A stretch of DNA of 59,446 nt from a virus. The stretch is taken from positions 1 to 59,446 of the IMG/VR virus record IMGVR_UViG_3300037470_000624, one strand, 5' to 3'. Below the pieces are notes generated by a model. That model was given only the letters and a program-made list of their open reading frames with translations. It was not told the DNA's origin and did not search any database. Of this stretch, positions 7,378-14,193 are shown piece after piece. The position numbers and the translations under genes are program-made. Each line of letters starts with the position of its first letter. Position 1 is the stretch's first letter.

Positions 7378-8120
7378 GGTGTGCTTCCTTCCGGGTGGGT
7401 AGGTGCAGGGTCGAACAGTTGACCCTGGCCGGTCGTCAGGGGGACGGGGGCCGGCCGGGTGGGATGCCGGCGACGCGGAGGGCGCCATATGCCGGCGTCG
7501 TATCCCCGCACCCACGCCAGGACCTGCGACAGGTTGGCGTCCGGCCCGTAGGTGAGGTACGTGCCGTCAACGGAGTCCACGCCCAGGGCGGCGAAACGGC
7601 GGTACCGGGCCTCACTGTTGACCCGGCCGACGTGCGTGCCCTTGCCTCGGGCCTGCGCCGCGCGGATGACGTCTGCGCCGGCGGGGCCGCATTTCCAGCC
7701 CGTCGTGCCTCCGATGAACGCGACGTCGAACTCCTGCCAGGGCAGGGCCTCGACGTACTCCTCGACCCCTGCCTGCATTACCAGCGCCGCGGGGTAGCCC
7801 AGCTCCCGGATGGCGGGCAGGAACGGGAGGGACCGCTCGATCGTGGCCGCCGCGTCCGATCCGTCCTCCGCCCCGGTGAACACGTCCGGAGCTGTAGCGA
7901 ACAGGGCCCGGCCGGCGTGCGCCCTGTTGTCCTCCAGCCACCGCAGCCACTCCACGTCACCCGGGTAGCCGTCGCCGAAACACCCGTTGTCGAAACCCAG
8001 AACGGGGTAGGTGTGCTCGATGCGGTTTCCTTGGCCAGGGGTGGTCATCATGCCCAGCGCGCCGGCCTCGATGGCAGCCCGGACGGGCGCGGTACACGGA
8101 GGGGTGAGGTAGACGGTCAC
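7374..8120 (-). CDS. TGT/DpdA-like TIM-barrel transglycosylase candidate (second copy); alternative TTG start at 8165
   Basis: LGFDNGCF, FATAPDVF, FDVAFIGGTTGWK, HVGRVNS and LGVDSVDGT resemble TGT-family substrate and nucleophile Asp motifs. Translationally coupled to queC. GGAGG lies 4 nt before GTG 8120. Confidence 0.5.
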   Translation of the reverse strand: MTVYLTPPCTAPVRAAIEAGALGMMTTPGQGNRIEHTYPVLGFDNGCFGDGYPGDVEWLRWLEDNRAHAGRALFATAPDVFTGAEDGSDAAATIERSLPFLPAIRELGYPAALVMQAGVEEYVEALPWQEFDVAFIGGTTGWKCGPAGADVIRAAQARGKGTHVGRVNSEARYRRFAALGVDSVDGTYLTYGPDANLSQVLAWVRGYDAGIWRPPRRRHPTRPAPVPLTTGQGQLFDPAPTHPEGSTP

Positions 8121-8262
8121 GTCGCCTCCCGCCGGCCGGGACAGCGGAACGGCCCCCAGCGGCAAACGGGGGGCCGTTCTGCCGGCCCCCTGCTCGTGGG
8201 GCGGGGGGACCGGAGGGCGTGTCCGGCGTGAACTACACCGGGGGCGACGTTACCTCAGGTCG

Positions 8263-8294
8263 GCCCGGGCCTGTATAGGAATACAGGCCCGGGT
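8263..8294 (-). terminator. Hairpin 6 nt after the stop of 8300..8584
   Basis: cccgggcctgtat / agga / atacaggcccggg (13 bp). Confidence 0.65.
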
Positions 8295-8299
8295 CAGCG

Positions 8300-8584
8300 T
8301 CAGGCCGGGACGTACGCGATGACGGCGTAGTTCTTGGCCTCCCAGAGGGCCCAGAGCGCGCGGGTCGTCTCGGGGCACTGGGGGCCGTTGGCGAGGCGGA
8401 CGGCCTGCTCTGCGAACGGTCGGGAGACCTCGGCGAGCATGCCGGTTAGGTGTGCCCACGCGAACCGCGTTGCGACTGCTCGGACGCTGGGGATGACGTG
8501 CCCGCCGAGCTGTGCGGCGATCGCGTCGGCGGTGCCTGGTGCGGACTCGGGCTGCTCGCCGGGTGCAGGGTTGGTTTCGGTCAT
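8300..8584 (-). CDS. Hypothetical protein (94 aa), insulated single-gene unit
   Basis: ATG after GGAG. Promoter-like island upstream and hairpin downstream. Confidence 0.6.
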   Translation of the reverse strand: MTETNPAPGEQPESAPGTADAIAAQLGGHVIPSVRAVATRFAWAHLTGMLAEVSRPFAEQAVRLANGPQCPETTRALWALWEAKNYAVIAYVPA

Positions 8585-8609
8585 GTCCAGCTCCGTTCGG
8601 TAGGTGCCG

Positions 8610-8628
8610 TTAATATATATTATGTCAA
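8610..8628 (-). promoter_or_regulatory. TTGACA box abutting a 14-nt A/T-only run (promoter-like island)
   Basis: Minus strand reads cTTGACATAATATATATTAAcgg, 26-44 nt upstream of ATG 8584. It is the only pure A/T 14-mer I saw in the window. Confidence 0.45.
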
Positions 8629-8662
8629 GCTGAGTGGTTTGCCCCGATAGCCATCGGGCCGG

Positions 8663-8776
8663 TCACCCAGGGCCGAGCCCCCGCGCCGCCGCCCAGAAAC
8701 ACCCCGCCACGGCGGCCAGCAGCACCACGTACCCGACCGCGGCGCCCACCCACCACGCCGCGTCCCGCCACCTCAC
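8663..8776 (-). CDS. Small single-pass membrane protein (37 aa)
   Basis: GTG in a GTGA overlap with stop 8773. VRWRDAAWWVGAAVGYVVLLAAVAGCFWAAARGLGPG. Confidence 0.4.
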   Translation of the reverse strand: MRWRDAAWWVGAAVGYVVLLAAVAGCFWAAARGLGPG

Positions 8777-9333
8777 AAAGTCTCCACTTGCCAAGGCGAC
8801 AACGCCTGAACGATCGCCAGGAACAGCACATCCTTGTGCCTCTGCGGCTCCGGCAAGTCGTCGTAGGCCACCAGACACGGATGGGTGCGCGCGTCCGCGT
8901 CCTTCACCGGCCCCCACGACCAGCCCGAGTCCCGCTTGTCCTGGCACCACGCCTCGTGCAGCTCCCGCGGCGTAGCGCCCTCCCGGGCCCGCACAACGCC
9001 AGCGGTCGCCGAGGCATGCTGCCAGTGCGGCGCCGCCTCCCACGGCACCGACACGGCCGGGTCGCCCTGGACGATCTGGAGCGCCCGGTTCGCCTCGTGG
9101 ACCACGTGTGCAACCTGCTCGTCGGTGTACAGGTTCCCTACCGGCTCCACGGTGATGCCCTCCAGGTCGTACTCCTCGCCCAGCATGTCGATAACCCGCT
9201 GGGCCTGCTCGGCCAGGTGCGCCGGGACGTTGAGCACGTTCGGTCGGCGGCCCGTGTTGCGGTAGTAGGTCTGGGCCAGCGTCCGCAAGCTGTCCGCGAC
9301 CCCCTCGTCCGTGTCGCTGACCGCCCGAGTCAT
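8773..9333 (-). CDS. RyR-domain-like protein (186 aa)
   Basis: C-terminal HEAWCQDKRDSGWSWGPVKDADARTHPCLVAYDDLPEPQRHKD matches my recollection of the RyR-domain pattern. ATGA overlap at 9330-9333. Confidence 0.5.
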   Translation of the reverse strand: MTRAVSDTDEGVADSLRTLAQTYYRNTGRRPNVLNVPAHLAEQAQRVIDMLGEEYDLEGITVEPVGNLYTDEQVAHVVHEANRALQIVQGDPAVSVPWEAAPHWQHASATAGVVRAREGATPRELHEAWCQDKRDSGWSWGPVKDADARTHPCLVAYDDLPEPQRHKDVLFLAIVQALSPWQVETL

Positions 9334-9809
9334 CCGACCGCGACCGTTACCTCGTCGACGACCGTCCCGCCGTCGAGCAGGGTGAGCAGCGCGCTGGTGA
9401 ACGCGACGTCGACCACGACAGCGGTCCACTGCTCGTTGGGGCAGGTGGGGGTCGAGGGCATCGGCGCCGGGGAGTCGGTCGTGACGGTGAACAGCGACTG
9501 GCCGTTGCGCGGTGTGGCCAGCGGGCCCGTGGTGCCGTCCACGGGCAGCGTCGTGTCCTGGCCGGGTGCCCGGTTACCAGCAGGGTTGACGCACTCCACC
9601 TCAGCCACGCCCTGCGCCTCGATCAGCACCTCGAAGGTGGTGCCGTCGAGCCCGGCCGCCTTGCCCGAGCACTCCACCTGCAGGCCGATGTCCGAGCACA
9701 CCGGGGCCTGCGCCCCGCCTGCGATGAAGTGACCGGACGACGCCGACGCGGGGGTCGGGACCAGACACGCGGCGAGCACCAGCATCGCCACCAGCAGTAA
9801 ACGCTTCAC
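9330..9809 (-). CDS. Secreted lipoprotein (159 aa)
   Basis: Signal peptide MKRLLLVAMLVLAAC with an L-A-A-C lipobox. GGAGGA SD before GTG 9809. Confidence 0.65.
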   Translation of the reverse strand: MKRLLLVAMLVLAACLVPTPASASSGHFIAGGAQAPVCSDIGLQVECSGKAAGLDGTTFEVLIEAQGVAEVECVNPAGNRAPGQDTTLPVDGTTGPLATPRNGQSLFTVTTDSPAPMPSTPTCPNEQWTAVVVDVAFTSALLTLLDGGTVVDEVTVAVG

Positions 9810-9821
9810 TCGGGGTTCCTC

Positions 9822-9853
9822 CTCTGGGTCTGTTCGATCGAACAGACCCAGAG
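9822..9853. other. Perfect 32-bp palindrome (hairpin/operator) between the Tad2-like stop and the lipoprotein SD
   Basis: ctctgggtctgttcgatcgaacagacccagag equals its own reverse complement. Confidence 0.9.
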
Positions 9854-9854
9854 A

Positions 9855-10085
9855 CTACGGCTGGTAGAGCACCCAGTCCTCCGCTAGCTGGTCAGTCTGC
9901 GACGGCGTCCACGGCACCAGCGTGCCGGTGACGGACCTCAGCGCCAGGAACGGGCTCGTGATCGTCGCCGCGGCTTGCAGCTCCAGCCACAAGCCCTTGC
10001 CGTTCCACCCGGCCCGGTACACCTTGCCGCCCCGGGTCAACTGGTCCAGCGCCCACCCGAACCCCTTGCGTGGGTACTTGGTCAT
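9855..10085 (-). CDS. DUF2829 / Tad2-like protein (76 aa)
   Basis: FGWALDQLTRGGKVYRAGWNGKGLWLELQ ... PWTPSQTDQLAEDWVLY follows the DUF2829 pattern (G-K-x-[VA]-R-x-GWNGKG ... W-x-[PA]-SQ-x-D-x-LAEDW). Confidence 0.7.
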   Translation of the reverse strand: MTKYPRKGFGWALDQLTRGGKVYRAGWNGKGLWLELQAAATITSPFLALRSVTGTLVPWTPSQTDQLAEDWVLYQP

Positions 10086-10096
10086 GCCAGCGGACG

Positions 10097-10306
10097 CTAC
10101 TCCGGTATCTCGTCCTCCGGGTTGAGCAGGATGACCGTGGCGTTGGTGAGCAGGTGGACCGCGACGAGCTGCCCGCCGGCGTTCTGCTCGATGCGGTACG
10201 ACCCGATGGTGATGGTCTTACGCGTCTCCAGGCGCTCAAGGCGTTCCCGGTAGTCCCGCAACAGCTCGACGAGGCCCTGCTCCCCCGGGTCCCTGTTCGT
10301 CGCCAC
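10097..10306 (-). CDS. Hypothetical protein (69 aa)
   Basis: GTG directly after the stop of the 852-aa tail gene. Coiled-coil-like N-terminus. Confidence 0.55.
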   Translation of the reverse strand: MATNRDPGEQGLVELLRDYRERLERLETRKTITIGSYRIEQNAGGQLVAVHLLTNATVILLNPEDEIPE

Positions 10307-12865
10307 CTACTCCACCGCCTGGCCGTAGTCGTTGAGCGGGACGAACGTGGGCCCTACCTGCTCGTTACCCGGTGTCCACGACACCCGTAGCTGCTCCAGC
10401 CGCATGACTTGGAGCCGCGTCGAGCAGTTGCCCCGGACGTGCAGCTCCGCCCACGCCCCCGGTACGAGCTCCGACATGATGACCGGCGCTGTCTTCTTGA
10501 GCGACCCTGCCTGGCCAGTGTCCACCACGACCGGCGGCCGGCCGTTGACCCTCGACTTGGCGCCCCGTACGAGCTGCGTCTCGTTGATCGTGCCTTCCGC
10601 CCGGTCCAACTGTTCCAGCAGGCCGTACCGGGCCGACACGGCCCCGTAGGTGCCCGTGACGCCGTCCCCGGCCAGCGTCGCCCGGGTGGTGACCTTGTCC
10701 GTGCGCACCAGCGGCAGGTCGCCGGTGAAATGCGAGTCGGTGAGGCGGCGGATGTTCGACAGCGCGGCGGCGGCGCCGAACAGGACGATGCGGCGGCCTA
10801 CCGCAGTGAAGTTGAGGCCCAGCCCCGCTAGCTGCTTCAGATCGGACAGCGCGTAGGTGGAGTCTTCGGCGACGATGCGGTCCACCGCTATCCCGGTGGC
10901 CACCTCCAGGATGTGCAGCCGGATGTTCGGGTCCTCCTCCTGTAGGGAGGCCCGCAGCATGCGGCCCGCCGTGTTGGCCAGGTCCCGGTCGAGGCCCGTC
11001 GTGTCATACGGCGCGCAGATACGACGCGACAGCCACGCCGTGACGTCCTTCGCCTCCAGGGTGATGGTGCGTTCAGCGCGGGAGTCCACCACTCTGGTGA
11101 TCGGGCCTTCCCAGACCAGTTCGCCGTTGCGGAACAGGCCCAGCTCGTGCGACCACGGCTCGACGTCGGCCAGCTCCGAGCACCTGTTACCCGCGACCGG
11201 GATGACGACCCGCGCGTCCGAGGTGCCGTCCAGCACCCGGCCCCACTCCACAGCCGACAGGACACCGGGGGCGGCCACCTGCGGCGTGCCCCCCTTGCCG
11301 TAGATGACCGCGGCCATACCGCCGGCCGGCGACGGGGTGCCGAGGGTCTTGCGCTGCGCCGGCGCCGCGCCGACGTTGATCCTGGGGACCAGCGAATCGG
11401 TCTCGGTGAACAGGTCCGCGCCGGACAGCGGCTCGTACGCCCGGATGCGGTAGTAGTTGCGGACGCCCGGGACGCGGTCCACGTCGGTGCGTGTGACGTC
11501 CTGGTCGGCGTCGCCCGGCAGGCCTGTGCCCGCGGCGATCGCCGTCCACGTCGCCCCGTCGATCGACCGTTCCACGTCGGCGTCGCCGCGGGACAGCACG
11601 TCGTCGTAGGACGCGTCCACGGGCAGAACGTTCGTGTTCGCGCTGGACAGGATCGAGCGGATACCGATGCGGCCGGCCACGTTGATCGACGCGTCCGCGA
11701 CGGTGACGTTCCAGACCGCCGGCTCGGCTCCGGACGCCAGCCACACCCGGCCCTTGAGATCCCCCCCGATGATTTGGAGCCGCGCCCCGAACCGGGTACC
11801 CGCGGCGTGGACCAGGCCCGTGGCAAGGTCCGACGCGAGCAGGGTCTCCACTCCCCCGACCCGCTTTCGCAGGGTGAGGTTGACCGCGGCCCCGGTGGTG
11901 AACTCGACCCGCAGCAGGTACACGTTGTTGCTGTCGATGAACCGGCCGGCGAGGTTCAGGAAGTGGGACCCGCCGACGGCCAGCTTGTCCGTCGCGACCG
12001 TCGCCGAGAAGTCCAGGTCAACGGCCTGCATCGCCGCGGTGGACCAGCGGGACACGTTGATACTGGTCTGCGAGTGGACGGCCTGCGAGCCGTTCGTCAG
12101 GAAGTTCGCCGCCGACCCGCCCGTCCGCAACCACGTGTGACCCGAGTCGCTATCGCCCCAGTCCGAGGCCACTACCCGGGCGAACTGGTCCCACACCCCC
12201 GGCACGGGGCCGCGGATGGTGACCTTGGACGAGGTCGAGGTGAGCCGCAGGTACACGGCCCGGATGACCGCCGCGGCGTATGCGGCGAACGTCGCCGTGC
12301 GCGCCCCGGAGTTACGGACCGCGGCCGAGGTGTCCCCCGCGGGGAAGAACGCCTGGCGTTGCGCCAGGGACAGCTCAAGCTGGAGCCCGGCCAGGTTCGC
12401 GTTTTTGTTGCAGATGTTGGACGTGTCGGTGCCCGCAAGCTCCGACGATGCCTGTGTGACGGTGAACCCCGCCGCGGTGAGCTCGTCCTCTACCCGGTCA
12501 CGCAGGCCAGCGTCCAGGCCGCCAATGAGGGTTTCCGGGACACCCGCGGTGCCGGTGTAGCCGTGCCAGGAGATTGTGCGCTGCATCGCCGCTGTCTGCG
12601 CCACGCACATCGGCTCGTCGAACAGGGAGCTTGTGATGTGAAGGTCGAAGTTGCCGGACGGTTTGATCCCGGCGAACTCGTAGTGACCCATCCGGCCGCC
12701 GGCGACTTCCCTCGCTATCTCCCCCGACCCCGGCTCGATGCCCCCGCCGTGGATGGCGATCGAGTTCCACGACGCTCCTACCGGCAGCGTCGCGGTGCGC
12801 GTGTAGTCGACGCCTTCGGTCTGCTCCGCGGCGAGCGCCGCATACGACAGGTAGGGGGGCGGCAT
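10307..12865 (-). CDS. Large minor tail protein (852 aa) with N-terminal poly-gamma-glutamate hydrolase-like (PghP/DUF867) domain
   Basis: N-terminus has IAIHGGGIEPGSGEIA..HYEFAG..LHITSSLFDEP. Middle is lectin/jelly-roll-like. C-terminus has ELGLFRNGELVWEGPI, typical of actinophage minor tail proteins. Confidence 0.7.
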   Translation of the reverse strand: MPPPYLSYAALAAEQTEGVDYTRTATLPVGASWNSIAIHGGGIEPGSGEIAREVAGGRMGHYEFAGIKPSGNFDLHITSSLFDEPMCVAQTAAMQRTISWHGYTGTAGVPETLIGGLDAGLRDRVEDELTAAGFTVTQASSELAGTDTSNICNKNANLAGLQLELSLAQRQAFFPAGDTSAAVRNSGARTATFAAYAAAVIRAVYLRLTSTSSKVTIRGPVPGVWDQFARVVASDWGDSDSGHTWLRTGGSAANFLTNGSQAVHSQTSINVSRWSTAAMQAVDLDFSATVATDKLAVGGSHFLNLAGRFIDSNNVYLLRVEFTTGAAVNLTLRKRVGGVETLLASDLATGLVHAAGTRFGARLQIIGGDLKGRVWLASGAEPAVWNVTVADASINVAGRIGIRSILSSANTNVLPVDASYDDVLSRGDADVERSIDGATWTAIAAGTGLPGDADQDVTRTDVDRVPGVRNYYRIRAYEPLSGADLFTETDSLVPRINVGAAPAQRKTLGTPSPAGGMAAVIYGKGGTPQVAAPGVLSAVEWGRVLDGTSDARVVIPVAGNRCSELADVEPWSHELGLFRNGELVWEGPITRVVDSRAERTITLEAKDVTAWLSRRICAPYDTTGLDRDLANTAGRMLRASLQEEDPNIRLHILEVATGIAVDRIVAEDSTYALSDLKQLAGLGLNFTAVGRRIVLFGAAAALSNIRRLTDSHFTGDLPLVRTDKVTTRATLAGDGVTGTYGAVSARYGLLEQLDRAEGTINETQLVRGAKSRVNGRPPVVVDTGQAGSLKKTAPVIMSELVPGAWAELHVRGNCSTRLQVMRLEQLRVSWTPGNEQVGPTFVPLNDYGQAVE

Positions 12866-14181
12866 TAGACCGCGTCCGTCTTCGGTACCAGATACAGGTC
12901 AACGGTCGCGTCGGCCGAGTAGTGCTCGGCGTCGACCAGGACCTCGATGCACAGCGCCGTGCCGCACTCGATAGCCGGCCACTGGATAGGGCCCCCGTCC
13001 GGGCCAAACAGGTACTGCTCGTTGGACTCATCCACCCCGCCGGGGACGACGACCGACGCGCGGCGCGTGCGGCCGTCGAGGGTGACTACGGCGTCGGCGG
13101 GGACGAACGTGAGGCTGATTTCGTCGCACTTCGCGCACGGGTCCAGGCCCTCGCAGCCCTGGCCCAGGGTGTCGACGTAGAACCGCACCGACAGGCGCCG
13201 CATGATCGCCGATCCGGAGTTGATCACCACCAGCGGCACCGCCTCCAGCGCGCGGGGAACGGTGCCGTCCGGGATCGTGAGGGTGATGGTCGCCGATGTG
13301 ATGCGGGCCGTACACGAGCAGGGGTCCAGGCGGGTCGGCAGCGACGGCGGCGGCACCACCGCGCACGACGGGTCATCGCCCGCGGTCGGCGTCGGCGGGC
13401 AGTCCGGCGGGCACTCCTCCCCCTCGGCGAGCACGATCCACGTGATGTCACAGTCGTCGCCCGTCGACTCCTCGGCGAAAAACAGACCCTCGGCCAGGGT
13501 GAGCGGCAGGCGGAAGATTCCGGGCGCGCCGGCCTGGAGCGTGAACTCGACCTTGGCCAGGTACGCCGTCGTGCCCTCGCACGACAGGCCCACCGCTCGG
13601 CGTTGGACGACCCGCGGCCCGTCCACCAGGGTGACGTCGTAGAGCATGCGCGCGACTTCCTCCCACGCCGCGGTGGTCGCCGATGACTCCTCCGGGTCGA
13701 ACGGGTCCGGGCAGTACGCCCACACGCACATCTCCCCGCCGTTGCCCTGGTCATCGCAGTCCGCCGCGGCGCGTAGCTGCGCGGTCAGCCACTCCAGGCC
13801 GTAGGACAGCCCCCCGTCCGACGCGCCGGCGATCCACGCTGTGACGGCGATGGTGCGGACATCGTCCCGGGGCATTCCCGGCACTCCCCCGCCCGACAGG
13901 GCCGGCTGGTAGGACCGGGTGAGCGTGCCGTCGTCGAGCCCGGTCATCTCCTGGATCATGACGCCGGCGAACTGCTGGGACCGCGGCTCGTCCGCGTCGT
14001 ACCAAGGGGCCAGGTCGAGCTGCGGAGTGGAGTACTCCGGGTCGTCGAGGACGGCCGCCGTGTTCTCACACGGGCAGCCCTGCAGGCCGGTGAGGATGCC
14101 CATGGTTTGCGCGTACACGCCGAACCGGGCGTTGTTACCGATCTCCTGGCCGTCGAGCGTGAGATAGCCCTCGTACGCCAC
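12865..14181 (-). CDS. Minor tail protein (distal-tail-like, 438 aa)
   Basis: Lies directly after the tape measure. N-terminus MAYEGYLTLDGQEIGNNARFGVY is typical of actinophage minor tail proteins. TAATG junction. Confidence 0.65.
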   Translation of the reverse strand: MAYEGYLTLDGQEIGNNARFGVYAQTMGILTGLQGCPCENTAAVLDDPEYSTPQLDLAPWYDADEPRSQQFAGVMIQEMTGLDDGTLTRSYQPALSGGGVPGMPRDDVRTIAVTAWIAGASDGGLSYGLEWLTAQLRAAADCDDQGNGGEMCVWAYCPDPFDPEESSATTAAWEEVARMLYDVTLVDGPRVVQRRAVGLSCEGTTAYLAKVEFTLQAGAPGIFRLPLTLAEGLFFAEESTGDDCDITWIVLAEGEECPPDCPPTPTAGDDPSCAVVPPPSLPTRLDPCSCTARITSATITLTIPDGTVPRALEAVPLVVINSGSAIMRRLSVRFYVDTLGQGCEGLDPCAKCDEISLTFVPADAVVTLDGRTRRASVVVPGGVDESNEQYLFGPDGGPIQWPAIECGTALCIEVLVDAEHYSADATVDLYLVPKTDAV

Positions 14182-14193
14182 CGTGCCCCCTTC

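Noticed and set aside
8625-8831. 68-aa minus-strand ORF in the 8585..8772 gap.
   Set aside because: It is a Gly/Arg-rich shadow-type sequence. The alternative frame gives a clean 37-aa TM peptide with a GTGA overlap (8663..8776).
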